A stretch of DNA of 64,000 bases from an uncultured Acidobacteriota bacterium (GCA_963735875.1 CAVTMO010000009.1:29592-93591), one strand, 5' to 3'. Counted from the first letter of the stretch, positions 1 to 9,994 are shown. Translations and numbers: made by a program. Notes: generated by a model not told the origin, from the sequence alone.

Positions 1-117
1 CCCCGTCAGGCACGCCTGGGCAGGCGTGATGCTTGACAGGGGTCTCGTCCACGTGCGAGCTGTCCGGCCGGGAGGCCGGGCGGACCGCCGTGGTCGCTCG
101 CCGCGCGTCCGCCGCGC

Positions 118-600
118 CTACGGCGCGACGGTCAGCTGGCCGCGGATCTCGCCGCCGGGGTTCACGGCGGTATGGATGTTGAGGTACGTCTGGCCGCCGA
201 CCAGCGACTGGATGAAGTCTTCCCAGTCGCGGATGCCGCGCTCGGCGTTCGGACGCAGCGACGCGGCGGTGGCCGTGCCGGTCAGGACGAAGTCGTTGGA
301 GATGTTGGCTGGCGGCGCCAGATCGACCACGACCGGACCGGCGACGCCCGCCGGGCCGACGTGGAAGTGGCCGGCCGTGGTGCCGCTGGGGATATTGAAG
401 ATCCGGACCGTGTAGGTGACCTCCCGAGTGGCCATGTTCACGAACACTTCGCCGGTGCCGGTGGCCCCGGTGTTGATCAGGGCCGGCGCTTCTTGTCCGC
501 CCGACAGAACGGCGGTGAGCCGTACGGTCTGGGCCTGGGCCTGGGCGCTCAGTCCCACCAGAAAGGCGGCGGCGATCAGGCTCTTGGTCGTTGGTCGCAT
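118..600 (-). CDS. CHRD domain-containing secreted protein
   Basis: ORF 118..624. Internal ATG at 600 is preceded by a GAAGGAGAG RBS. Signal peptide MRPTTKSLIAAAFLVGLSAQAQA. CHRD hallmarks HFHVGPAGVAGPVVV and YLNIHTAVNPGGEIRGQL. Confidence 0.8.
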   Translation of the reverse strand: MRPTTKSLIAAAFLVGLSAQAQAQTVRLTAVLSGGQEAPALINTGATGTGEVFVNMATREVTYTVRIFNIPSGTTAGHFHVGPAGVAGPVVVDLAPPANISNDFVLTGTATAASLRPNAERGIRDWEDFIQSLVGGQTYLNIHTAVNPGGEIRGQLTVAP

Positions 601-669
601 GAGAGACTCTCCTTCGAGGGGCAAGTCAAGGTGCCGCGGCCTGTCCGCGGCAAGTATGCAGTCATGGCA

Positions 670-712
670 GGATTCGCGCCAGCGCCTGCCCCGTGAGGAC
701 AGGCGCGAATCC
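670..712 (-). other. perfect 11-bp inverted repeat (stem-loop) in the trkA-CHRD spacer; possible trkHA terminator or 5' UTR structure
   Basis: GGATTCGCGCC (670-680) pairs with GGCGCGAATCC (702-712) around a 21-nt loop. A second 7-bp hairpin GCCGCGG/CCGCGGC lies at 633-651. There is no U-tract, so the function is not established. Confidence 0.3.
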
Positions 713-790
713 GACAGGTCCCACCGCGCACGGCGCCCGCCACTTTACGCTCCCCGGAAACGCCTTACGCAGACGGTAAGAGAACTCACG

Positions 791-814
791 CCCACCAGCC
801 CCTAGCCCCTAGCC
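791..814. repeat. C-rich member of the GGGGCT repeat family
   Basis: CCCACCAGCCCCTAGCCCCTAGCC (minus strand GGCTAGGGGCTAGGGGCTGGTGGG), just downstream of the trkA stop. Confidence 0.6.
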
Positions 815-827
815 GCTGCGCAGGGTT

Positions 828-1517
828 CTAGCCTCCCTTTGTGGGCTTGAGCATCTGTTCGAGCTGGCCGAGCCGTTCGTTACTGCCGAGCAAAGCCAGG
901 ATATCGCCTTCGATGACCCGGTCGTCCGGCCCCGGCGACACGGTGGCCACGTCGCCCGGGCCGGCCTTGGCCCGCTTGATGGCGATGGTGGTGAGGCCGA
1001 AGCGGGCCCGCAAGCCGATCTCCCGCAAGGTCTTGCCGAAGAATTCCGCCGGCGCCGGCACTTCCACGATCGAGAAGTCGCCCGACAGCTCGATGTAGTC
1101 GATGACGTTCGGGATGACCAGGCTGTGCGCCACCCGCACGGCCATTTCCCGCTCGGGGAAGACCACCCGCGACACGCCCAGCTTCTCCAGGATTCGCCCG
1201 TGCAGCGGCGTCACCGCCTTGGCCACGATGTTGGGGATGCCCAGCTCCTTCACCAGCGTCACGACCAGCAGGCTCGACTCGATGTTCTCGCCGATCGAGA
1301 CCACCGCCACGTCGACGTCCTTGATGCCGGCCGCGCGCAGCGCCCGCTCGTCGGTGGCGTCGAGCTTCACCGTGTGCGACATCTGGTCGGCCAGCGCCGC
1401 GACCCGGTCGTCGTCGCCGTCGATGCCGATCACTTCATGGCCGAGCTGCGACAGCGTCGTGGCCATGGCGGCGCCGAACCGCCCTAATCCGATCACCGCG
1501 AACGTACGTTTGGCCAT
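828..1517 (-). CDS. trkA: TrkA/KtrA-type potassium uptake regulatory subunit (RCK domain)
   Basis: 229 aa. Rossmann GxGxxG (VIGLGRFG) in TrkA-N, followed by a TrkA-C domain. Starts 12 nt downstream of trkH on the same strand. Confidence 0.9.
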   Translation of the reverse strand: MAKRTFAVIGLGRFGAAMATTLSQLGHEVIGIDGDDDRVAALADQMSHTVKLDATDERALRAAGIKDVDVAVVSIGENIESSLLVVTLVKELGIPNIVAKAVTPLHGRILEKLGVSRVVFPEREMAVRVAHSLVIPNVIDYIELSGDFSIVEVPAPAEFFGKTLREIGLRARFGLTTIAIKRAKAGPGDVATVSPGPDDRVIEGDILALLGSNERLGQLEQMLKPTKGG

Positions 1518-1529
1518 GGAGGTCTCGCC

Positions 1530-2882
1530 TTATCCGATCAGAATCTTGCCTTCGGGGTACCGCAGCCGGGGCCGGGCGCCGTATCGCTTCGCCACCGCGA
1601 TGGCCAGCGTCAGCGGACCGACCCGGCCGATGAACATCATCGCCATCATCAGCAGCTTGCCGGCCGGGGAGAAAACCCCCGACAAGCTCACCGGCGTCCC
1701 GGGCTGGCCCATCGACAGCCCGACCGTGCCGAAGGCCGACGTGGTCTCGAACAGCGTCTCGAGCAGGCTCCGGCCCTCGGTCAGCAACGCCAGCCAGGCC
1801 ACGGCGTTCAGCGCGACGAAGGCGATGAGCGAGATGAAGAAGGCCTTGGCGACCACTTCCGGCGCCAGCCGGCGCTTGAAGATCACCGTGTCGTCGGCGC
1901 CGCGCACCGTCGCCCAGAGCGCCGCCAGGGTGATCGAGAAGGTGGTGGTCTTGACGCCGCCGCCGGTGCTGCCCGGCGAGGCGCCGATGAACATCAGCGC
2001 CATCATCACGAACAGCGCCGGATGAGTCATGCCGCCGATGTCGATGGTGTTGAAGCCGGCCGTCCGGGCGGTGACCGACTGGAACCAGGCCGCCAGGAAC
2101 CGCTCGCCCATCGGCAGCCCGGCGAGCGTCCGCGGGTTGTTCCACTCGAGCAGCAGGAAGGCCAGCGTGCCACCGGCCAGCAGTGCCGAGGTGGCCACCA
2201 GCACCAGGCGGGTGTGCACCGACAGCCGGATCTGCCGCCGGTTCAGGCGGATGAGCTCGGCCCAGACGAAGAAGCCGAGGCCGCCGGCGATGATGAGGCC
2301 GGTGATCACCAGGTTGACCACGACGTCGCCGCGCCACGACGACAGGTTGTCGCTCCACAGTGCGAAGCCGGCGTTGTTGAATCCCGACACGGCGTGGAAG
2401 ATGCCGTGCCACAGCGCCTGCCCGAAGCCCATCTCCGGCCACCAGCGCAGGGTCAGGATCGCGGCGCCGATGCCCTCGATGACCAGCGTCAGTTTCAGCA
2501 CCGTGCCGGCGAAGCGGACCAGCCCTTCCATGTCCTGGACGTTCAGCGCCTCCTGGAGCGTGAGGCGTTCCTGCAGCGAGACCGAGCGGCCGATCGCCGC
2601 CACGAACACCGTGCTGAGGGTCATGTAACCCAGGCCGCCCGCCTGGATCAGCAGCATCAGCACGACCAGGCCGAACGGAGAGAAGTCCACCGGGGTGTCG
2701 AGCGTGATGAGTCCGGTGACGCACACTGCCGACACCGACGTGAAGAACGCGTCGAGCGCCCCCACGTGCCGGCCCTGGGCGGCCGAGATCGGCAGCGACA
2801 GGAGCAGGCCGCCGACGGCGATGATGGCGAGGAAGCTCGACGCCAGGAACTGCGACGGCGACAGCTGACGGCGGCGGGGCAA
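1530..2882 (-). CDS. trkH: TrkH/KtrB-family potassium transporter membrane subunit
   Basis: 450-aa polytopic protein with repeated pore-loop glycine motifs (AGGLGY, SGFNNAGF, RTAGFNT, STGGGVKT, SAFGTVGLS). TTG start. Confidence 0.9.
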   Translation of the reverse strand: MPRRRQLSPSQFLASSFLAIIAVGGLLLSLPISAAQGRHVGALDAFFTSVSAVCVTGLITLDTPVDFSPFGLVVLMLLIQAGGLGYMTLSTVFVAAIGRSVSLQERLTLQEALNVQDMEGLVRFAGTVLKLTLVIEGIGAAILTLRWWPEMGFGQALWHGIFHAVSGFNNAGFALWSDNLSSWRGDVVVNLVITGLIIAGGLGFFVWAELIRLNRRQIRLSVHTRLVLVATSALLAGGTLAFLLLEWNNPRTLAGLPMGERFLAAWFQSVTARTAGFNTIDIGGMTHPALFVMMALMFIGASPGSTGGGVKTTTFSITLAALWATVRGADDTVIFKRRLAPEVVAKAFFISLIAFVALNAVAWLALLTEGRSLLETLFETTSAFGTVGLSMGQPGTPVSLSGVFSPAGKLLMMAMMFIGRVGPLTLAIAVAKRYGARPRLRYPEGKILIG

Positions 2883-2929
2883 GGGGGGATTCTACTAGGG
2901 GCTGGGGGCTGGGGCTAGGGGCTGGGGCT
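2883..2929 (+). repeat. G-tract repeat (GGGGCT family), strong G-quadruplex motif
   Basis: GGGGGG at 2883-2888, then CTAGGGGCTGGGGGCTGGGGCTAGGGGCTGGGGCT. That gives five further G4-5 tracts separated by 2-3 nt loops, in the spacer upstream of trkH. Confidence 0.8.
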
Positions 2930-2959
2930 CGACCAGAACGGCACGCCGCGCGCCGCCAG

Positions 2960-3656
2960 TCAGCGCAGGGCGCCGAAGTCGAAGGCGGCGGACCCGAGCG
3001 TCCTGGCGCCTTCCTTCACCGTCACGTCGAAGCGGCCAGCGGTCACCGTTCCGGCCTCGAACCGCGCCAGCACCCAGCCGCCGGTCATCGGCTCCTTGGC
3101 GGCGGCGATGACCGTGGACGCCGGCGGGAAGGGCCACCACGGCGCGTCTGGCGGCGAGCGGATTCCAGAACAAGCCGAAGCGAGGGATGCGGTCGGTGGC
3201 GTCGGCGATGAGCGGCATCGCCGTGGCCGGCGAGTCCAGGGGCACCAGCAGCACGTCGATGAGCGGAACGCCGACGTAGGTGTTCTGCGGGTGGAAGCTG
3301 AGCTCCACGATCACCTCGAGCAGCCCCCGCCACGGGTTGAGGTCGCTGGTCATCTGCCGCACGCTGTAGTTGCGGTCGCCGAGCCGGATGTGTTCCTCCG
3401 CACGCAGCACCACGCGGCGATATTCGCTGACGATCGAGATGCGGTTGACCGGCGCGGCGCCGACCGCACGGGCGTAGCGGTCGTGGAACTCCTGGCGCGC
3501 GCCGCGCCCGGCCATGCGCGCAAAGACGATGGCGTCGTCCACGCCCTGGGTCGTGAGGTTGGCCTCGACGGCGCGGGGCCGAGGCGCCAGCGCCGTGACG
3601 ACGGCCAGCGTCACCATCGCCACGCGCAGCATCCCGCCGGCCATCGGACCGAGCAT
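2960..3656 (-). CDS. hypothetical secreted protein, reading frame broken once (~3150)
   Basis: The N-terminal part lies in ORF 2895..3728: signal peptide MLRVAMVTLAVVTALAP, then ...RIPRFGLFWNPLAA. After ~3150 that frame becomes Arg-rich nonsense. An adjacent frame reads DAPWWPFPPASTVIAAAKEPMTGGWVLARFEAGTVTAGRFDVTVKEGARTLGSAAFDFGALR and stops at 2960. This is consistent with one extra G/C. Start codon uncertain (3656/3644/3632). Confidence 0.5.
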
Positions 3657-3731
3657 ACCGCCGGTCGGACGCCGCCCAGCCGGCGAGACGCTACCATGGG
3701 CGCCGGGCACCCTCGCCCGAGGAGGCAACCA

Positions 3732-4472
3732 GTGAATCTACAGGGAAAGGCCGCGCTCATCACCGGCGGCGCGCGGATGGGCGACGCCGTGGCCGGCGTC
3801 CTGGCCGGCGCCGGCGCCGACGTGGCGTTCACCTATCGCCTGTCGGCCGATGCGGCGGAGCGGGCGGCGGTGGTCGTCAAGGCGCGCGGTCGGCGGGCGC
3901 TCACCCTGCAGGCCGACCTCGGCGACCCACTGGAGTGCCGTACGGCGGTCAACGAAGCGGCGGCGGCGTTCGGCCGGCTCGACGTCCTCGTCAACATGGC
4001 CTCGGCCTACAAGCACGTGCCGTTCGACGACCAGGACGAGGACCACTGGGACCGCCAGCTGTCGGTGGATCTGCGGGCGGCGTTCCTGTGCAGCCGCGCC
4101 GCGGTGCCGCACATGCGCCACGCCGGTGGCGGCCGCATCGTCAACTTCTCGGACTGGATCGCGGCCAGTAGCCGTCCGCGCTACCCCGGCTACCTCGCCT
4201 ACTACGTGGCCAAGGCCGGCGTGAAGGCGCTCACCGAGGCCCTGGCGCTGGAACTGGCGGCCGACAACATCCTCGTCAACGCCATCGCCCCCGGGCCGAT
4301 CGTCGCGCCGCCGGGCACCACCGCCGACGAGCACGCCGCCGTAGAGAAGGCCACCCCGCTCGGCCGGTGGGGCGGCGAGGACGAGATCGCCAAGGCGGTG
4401 GGGTTCCTGGTGACGAGCGACTTCGTGACCGGCGAGACCATCCGGGTGGACGGCGGCCGGCACCTGAAGTAG
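3732..4472 (+). CDS. SDR-family oxidoreductase
   Basis: GTG 3732 with GGAGG 6 nt upstream. TGGARMG cofactor motif and catalytic YxxxK (YYVAK). The upstream part of ORF 3096..4472 is a shadow of the opposite-strand gene. Confidence 0.85.
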   Translation: MNLQGKAALITGGARMGDAVAGVLAGAGADVAFTYRLSADAAERAAVVVKARGRRALTLQADLGDPLECRTAVNEAAAAFGRLDVLVNMASAYKHVPFDDQDEDHWDRQLSVDLRAAFLCSRAAVPHMRHAGGGRIVNFSDWIAASSRPRYPGYLAYYVAKAGVKALTEALALELAADNILVNAIAPGPIVAPPGTTADEHAAVEKATPLGRWGGEDEIAKAVGFLVTSDFVTGETIRVDGGRHLK

Positions 4473-4495
4473 ACGTGAAGTAGAGTAGCCGGCGC

Positions 4496-5763
4496 ATGCG
4501 GCGACACCCCGCTCTGATCCGCGCCAGCCTGCTCGCCGCCGCGGTCGTGGCGGTGACCGACTCCCGCGGGGAACCCGATCGCCGCGTCGCCGGCGCAGCC
4601 GCCGGCCGAGGAGTCCGGGACCGCGATCCGCCCCTTCCGCATCGCCGTTCCAGACGCGGTGCTCGCCGACCTCAAGGCTCGTCTCGCCGTCGCCGCGCCT
4701 GATTCGCGCACTGAACGGCGGCGGCTGGCAGCTCGGCACCGACGTCGACTACTTGCGCGATCTGGTCACTTACTGGCGCGATCGTTTCGACTGGCGGGCG
4801 CAGGAGCGGCGGCTGAACGCGATGGAGCAGTTCACGACGACCATCGACGGCCTGCAGGTGCACTTCGTCCACCGGCGGTCGGCGCACGCCGGCGCGTTGC
4901 CGTTGCTCGTCACCCACGGCTGGCCGGGCTCGATTGCCGAGTTCACGAAGATCATCGGGCCGCTCACCGATCCGCCGGCCCACGGCGGCGACCCCGCCGA
5001 CGCCTTCCACGTGGTGATGCCGTCGATCCCCGGGTTCGCCTTCTCGGGCGCGCCGACGGCGCCCGGCTTCGACCCGGCGCGCATCGCGCAGATCGAGGCG
5101 GCGCTCATGGCCCGTCTGGGCTACACGCGCTACGGCGTGCAGGGCGGGGATTGGGGCGCCATCATCGGCACCCAGGTAGCCGCGCGCGACGGCGCCCACG
5201 TCGCGGGGCTCCACCTGAACATGTGCATCGCGCCGGCGCCCGCCAGCGATCCGGAGGCCGGGCTGTCGGCCGCTGAACTGGCCCGGTTGAAGGTGCGGCA
5301 GAACTTCCTGGCCGAGGAAACCGGCTACCAGCAGATCCAGGGCACCAAGCCGCAGACGATCGGGCTCGCTCTCAACGACTCCCCGGTGGCGCTGGCGGCG
5401 TGGATCGTCGAGAAGTTCCGGACGTGGTGCGATTGCGATGGCGATCCCGAAAGGGTGTTCACGAAGGACGAGCTGCTGACCAATATCACCCTCTACTGGG
5501 TGACGCAGACCGCCGGGTCGTCGGCGCGGATCTACTACGAGAACCGCCACCCGACGACGCCAGCAGTGCCGGGCCGGATCGAGACGCCGACTGCCTGCGC
5601 CGACTTCCCGAAGGAGATCATCTGGACGCCACGGCGCTGGCTCGAAGCGCGCTACAACATCACCCGCTGGACGGCGATGCCCAAGGGCGGGCACTTCGCC
5701 GCCCTCGAGCAACCGCAGCTTCTCGTCGACGACGTGCGGGCGTTCTTCCGGACGCTGCGCTGA
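4496..5763 (+). CDS. epoxide hydrolase (EHN + alpha/beta hydrolase), 5' end interrupted by two 1-nt indels
   Basis: 4753..5763 is a clear EH: HGWPGS, GGDWGA nucleophile elbow, C-terminal GGHFAALEQP. The expected N-terminus (..IRPFRIAVPDAVLADLKARLA..) is in frame 0, and a signal peptide (MRRHPALIRASLLAAAVVAVT, ATG 4496) is in a third frame. Shifts are at ~4558 and ~4697. Total length is 3n+2, consistent with two extra bases. Confidence 0.7.
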
Positions 5764-5824
5764 GCTGAAACAGGAACGGCCGCGTTGCCGCGGCCGTCCG
5801 TGTTCTGAAGCCGATGGGCGACGT

Positions 5825-6935
5825 TCAGCGGGTGGCGGCGCCGCCCTTCAGCGACACCTTCTGCACGCGCCAGTTGGTCAGCTCGCCGACCAGCAGTTCG
5901 TTCTCGTTGCGGCAGTCGATCGAGTTGGCGAGCCCGAACTCCTTGGGCCGCTTGCCGGCGCTGCCGAACTTGCCGATGACCTTGCCGTCGAGCCCCACCT
6001 TGTAGATGGCGGCATCGTCCATGCCGTCGGTGTCGCCGGCGTGCGAGATGTAGAGGTACTGCGTGGCCCCGCGGGTCATGCACATCGTCAGCGGCGTGCC
6101 GCTGAAGGCGAACTCGCGCTTGAAGGACCCCTGCGCGTCGAAGACCTGCACGCGCTTGTTGCCCGCGTCGAGCACGAAGACGTCGCCGGCCTTGTCGATG
6201 GCGATGGCCTTGGCGCCGTTGAACTGGCCCTGGCCCGCCCCGGTGGAGCCCCACTGGCTGATGAAGTGGCCGAGCTTGTCGGTCTTGACGACGCGGTTGT
6301 TGGCGCCAATCCCGTCGGTGACGTAGATATTGCCGGCGCTGTCCCACGCGACGTCGGTCGGCTTGGCGAAGCCCGTTCCGGGCACGCCCTCGCCGGGTTT
6401 GCGGTTGGCCGCCGCGGCCCCGCCGCCGCCACCACCACCGCCCCCGCCGCCGGGCGCGCCGCCCTCGCGCGGTCGCACTGCCATCACTTCAGGCTTGCGC
6501 CCGAGCACCAGCGCGACGCGACCCTCGGCGTCGAACTTCACCACCTGGTTGGCGCCGACGTCGATGGTCCAGACGTTGTCCTGCGGATCGATGCGCAGGC
6601 CGAAGGCGGCGTTGAAGCCGTAGACGTCCTGGCCGAGCTCGCGCACGAACTTGCCGGACGGGATCGAACTGGAAGAGCTTCGCGCCGCCGCGGTAGAACG
6701 TGCGGTTGTCGCCGAGCGTCGCGTAGGGATGCCCGGTGCGGGTGTAGACGTAGATCTGGCCCTTCGAGTTGGCGGCCACGCCGCCCACTTCGCCGACGAA
6801 GACGTCGAGCGGCGTGCGCAGCAGATCGGCGTTGGAATCGAACGCGATCTCTGGGACGGCGCCCTGGGCGCCGACCAGCACGCCGCCGGCGACCAGCGCC
6901 GCGGCCAGGCCGTAGAGCAGGCGGCCGCGGATCAT
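5825..6935 (-). CDS. NHL-repeat beta-propeller protein (PAL-like), one frame break at ~6661
   Basis: The signal peptide and first blade lie in ORF 6489..7247 (MIRGRLLYGLAAALVAGG...AKLFQFDP). The rest lies in ORF 5825..6646 (..RELGQDVYGFNAAFGLRIDPQDNVW..). Removing one C from GATCCCGTCC restores FDPSGKFVRELGQ, which matches the paralog. ATG 6935 has a GGAGG RBS and overlaps the upstream stop (ATGA). Confidence 0.75.
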
Positions 6936-8017
6936 CGCGCACCTCCCTGGCTGGTGGTCGCGGTCGGCTTGAGGATGATCTTCTGCGACCGCCAGTCGTT
7001 GATCTCGGCGGTGAAGATCACGTTCGGGTCGCGGCAGTCCATCTGGTGGATGGTCGCGAACTCGCCCGGCGCCTTGCCTGCCTTGCCGAACTTGCCGACG
7101 ATGGTGCCGTCGAGCTCCATCTTGTAGACCTCGCCGGTGTACTCCGCCGGTCCGGCCGGTTGGCTGTCGGGCCAGGAGTTGGTCGAGTAGAGATACTGCT
7201 TGCCGGGGTTCTTCGGACCCGGGCCGCCCGACACGCACACGCCCCACGGGTTGCCGACGTTGGTGTAGTTGGCTTTCCAGTTCAGGTCGTTGTCGAGCAC
7301 CTGGACGCGGGCGTTGCCGCGGTCGCCGACGTAGACGTTGCCCTGGAAGTCGGTGGCGATCGAGTGCGGGGTGTTGAACTCGAGGTTGGCGTTGCCGCGC
7401 TTGCCGACCGCCTTGATGAAGCGGCCGTTCTTGTCGTACTTCACTACCCGGGCGTCGAAGTAACCGTCGCTCACGAAGATGTTGCCCTGCTGGTCCCAGG
7501 CGATGTCGGTCTGTCGGCCGAAGCGGTACTTCTCGTTGCGTCCGTGGTAGACACCGGGGCCGGGCATGTTGAGCAGCGACTGCGTCGGGTCCTCGCGCCG
7601 CCCTATCACCATGAGCACCCTGCCCTCAGGGTTGAACTTGATGAGCATGTCGGTGCCTTCGTCGACCGCCCAGATGTTGTCCTCGGCGTCGACGCGGACC
7701 GAATGCGCGAAGGCGAAGCCGTAGTTGTTGCGGCCGATCTCGCGGATGAACTGGCCCTGCGGCGAGTACTCGAACAGCCGCGTCTCGTAGGCGCGGTGGT
7801 AGATGTAGATGTTCCCCTTCGAGTTGGTGGCGATGCCCATGTTCTCGCCGGTGTAGATCCCCGGCGGGTTCTTGAAGAAGTTGGGCACGGCCTCGTGCGG
7901 AATCACCGGCACGTTGGTGGCCGTCGCGCGTGACTGGGCGACGACCGGCGGCGAGGTGACCGACGCCGCACCGGCCAGCGCGATCAGGATCGGGACGAAC
8001 GGCAACAGGCGCTTCAT
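6932..8017 (-). CDS. NHL-repeat beta-propeller protein (PAL-like)
   Basis: 362 aa from ATG 8017 (GGAGGA RBS). Signal peptide MKRLLPFVPILIALAGAASV. Repeated NHL blades (GNIYIYH.., NIWAVDEG, GNIFVSDGY, GNVYVGDRGNARVQVLD). Confidence 0.85.
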   Translation of the reverse strand: MKRLLPFVPILIALAGAASVTSPPVVAQSRATATNVPVIPHEAVPNFFKNPPGIYTGENMGIATNSKGNIYIYHRAYETRLFEYSPQGQFIREIGRNNYGFAFAHSVRVDAEDNIWAVDEGTDMLIKFNPEGRVLMVIGRREDPTQSLLNMPGPGVYHGRNEKYRFGRQTDIAWDQQGNIFVSDGYFDARVVKYDKNGRFIKAVGKRGNANLEFNTPHSIATDFQGNVYVGDRGNARVQVLDNDLNWKANYTNVGNPWGVCVSGGPGPKNPGKQYLYSTNSWPDSQPAGPAEYTGEVYKMELDGTIVGKFGKAGKAPGEFATIHQMDCRDPNVIFTAEINDWRSQKIILKPTATTSQGGAR

Positions 8018-8249
8018 ACGCGCGGTCCTCCAAAGGGCGGCCGCCGGGGGCAGGCCGGACTCCAATTACGAGCGAAGCATAAGCGGCCAACGCCGCCTGG
8101 GGCCACGCCCTCAGCGCCGAATTGTCCCGGGAAACCGGTCTCCGGGATGTCTACAAGATGTAATATCTGCGCCGCCACCGGCCCGGACTCGCCGCCCGCG
8201 GTCCGCCGTCAGCCGCGGCTTTTTGCGCGAATTGGCGCTACCATTTTCC

Positions 8250-8694
8250 ATGCCCAGCATCTGGGACGACGGGGCTCGCGCCAGCCTGGTCTCGCGGGCC
8301 CGCACGCTCACCACCGACCATCGCGCCCGCTGGGGCAAGCTCTCGGTCGCCGGCATGCTGGCCCACTTGAACGACGCCACCCGGATGGCGCTCGACGAGC
8401 TGCCGGTTCAGGCTAAAGCCCCGCCATTCTTGAAGATCGCGCCGGTCCGCTACCTGGTCATCCACGTCCTGCCGTTTCCCAGGAGCGCGCCGACCGCCCC
8501 CGAGCTGCTGGTGCGGTGTGACGCCGCCGATCTCGCCAGCGAACAGGCGACGTTTGCGACGCTGGCCGAACGGCTGAGTGCTGCCTCGGCGCTCGCCGCG
8601 CGGCACCCGGCCTTCGGCCCGATGACGCGCCGCGACTGGGGGGTGCTCGTCCTACCGGCACGCCGACCACCACCTGCGGCAGTTCGGCGTCTGA
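8250..8694 (+). CDS. DUF1569 (DinB-superfamily) protein, one frame break at ~8651
   Basis: MPSIWDDGARASLVSRARTLT...WGKLSVAGMLAHL.., then HPAFGPMTRRDWGVLV. Deleting one C in GTCCTACC restores the family-typical C-terminus YRHADHHLRQFGV-stop (TGA 8692-8694). Confidence 0.7.
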
Positions 8695-8710
8695 GCACAC
8701 GAGGCTGGCC

Positions 8711-9460
8711 GTGCGCATCGCCGCCCTCTACGACATCCACGGCAACCTGCCGGCCTTGGACGCAGTGCTGGAGGAGGTGCGCCACGCCGGCGTCGACGCG
8801 ATCGTCGTCGGCGGCGACGTCGTGCCCGGGCCGATGCCGCGCGAGACGATCGACCGCCTGGCAGCCCTCGATCAGCCCGTCCACTACATCACCGGCAACG
8901 GCGAGCGCGTGGTGTGCGCCGAACGTCGCGGCGACGACGTGACCGCCGAGGTGCCGGCGGGCTTCCGCGACGTCATCCGCTGGTCGGCGGCCACCCTCAC
9001 CGACGACGACGCGGCGCGTCTCACCGCCTGGCCGGCCACGCTGCGCCTGCACGTGCGCGGCGTCGGCGAGGCACTCTTCTGCCATGCCACGCCGCGCAGC
9101 GACGTCGAGATCTTCACGCGGCTCACCGCCGAGGAGCGGCTCTTCGCGGCCTTCGACGCGGTGACCTCGCCGCTGGTCGTGTGCGGCCACACGCACATGC
9201 AGTTCGACCGGACGATCCGCGGCATCCGCGTGGTGAACGCCGGCAGCGTCGGCATGCCCTTCGGCGAGCCCGGCGCCTACTGGCTGCTGCTCGGTCCCGA
9301 GATCGCCCCGCAGCACACCCGCTACGACCTCGACGAGGCCGCGGCGCGGATTCGCGCGTCGGCCTACCCCCAGGCCGAAGCGTTTGCCGCCGGCAACATC
9401 CTCCGGCCGCCGGCCGAAGTCGACATGCTGAGGGTGTTCACGCCCGCCGAGTCGTCGTAG
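8711..9460 (+). CDS. metallophosphoesterase family protein
   Basis: MPP motifs DIHGN, GGDVV, GNGE, CGHTH. Confidence 0.85.
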   Translation: MRIAALYDIHGNLPALDAVLEEVRHAGVDAIVVGGDVVPGPMPRETIDRLAALDQPVHYITGNGERVVCAERRGDDVTAEVPAGFRDVIRWSAATLTDDDAARLTAWPATLRLHVRGVGEALFCHATPRSDVEIFTRLTAEERLFAAFDAVTSPLVVCGHTHMQFDRTIRGIRVVNAGSVGMPFGEPGAYWLLLGPEIAPQHTRYDLDEAAARIRASAYPQAEAFAAGNILRPPAEVDMLRVFTPAESS

Positions 9461-9481
9461 CGCCGGCCGCGCCCTCCGTGG

Positions 9482-9949
9482 TCAGCGCCGGTCCAGGTGC
9501 CGCGTCATCACGATGTAGGGGGCGACGCTGAAGCCGCAGCGTTTGTAGGCGCGCAGGGCCCGCTCGTTGCTGTCGTGGCCGTAGAGCCGCAGATCCAGCG
9601 CCCCGGCGTCGCGGGCCTGGTCGGTGAGATGGGCCAGCAGGGTGTCGACCAGGCCCTGGCCGCGATGCTCGGGCGTGACGTAGAGGCTCTGGATCCACCA
9701 GTAGTCGCCGCCGCGGAAGTTGCTCCACTCGGTGACGATGGAGGCGCTGGCCACCAGGCCGCCCTTGGGACCCTCCACGACCCAATAGCGCGCTTTCGGC
9801 GCCGGCGCGAAGGCGCCCTCGACACCCCTCCTGGCCTCAGCCGGGTCGAGCCCGCGGCGCTCGGCGTCCATGGCCTCGGCGTGGGTGAAGGCCACCAGGG
9901 TGTCGATGTCCGCGGCGGTGCCAGGGCGGATGGTGTAGGCGATCGTCAT
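9482..9949 (-). CDS. GNAT family N-acetyltransferase
   Basis: 155 aa. Acetyl-CoA motif A HRGQGLVDTLL and typical C-terminal RAYKRCGF. Confidence 0.85.
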   Translation of the reverse strand: MTIAYTIRPGTAADIDTLVAFTHAEAMDAERRGLDPAEARRGVEGAFAPAPKARYWVVEGPKGGLVASASIVTEWSNFRGGDYWWIQSLYVTPEHRGQGLVDTLLAHLTDQARDAGALDLRLYGHDSNERALRAYKRCGFSVAPYIVMTRHLDRR

Positions 9950-9994
9950 CGCTGGTCAGCATGTGCCGACCGAGCCCGTGTGGTCCAGCCCCGG

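Noticed and set aside
2883-2959. c-di-AMP (ydaO-type) riboswitch upstream of the trkH-trkA potassium uptake operon
   Set aside because: The spacer is only about 77 nt and is occupied by the G-tract repeat. It is too short and lacks the pseudo-twofold helical pattern expected for that riboswitch class.
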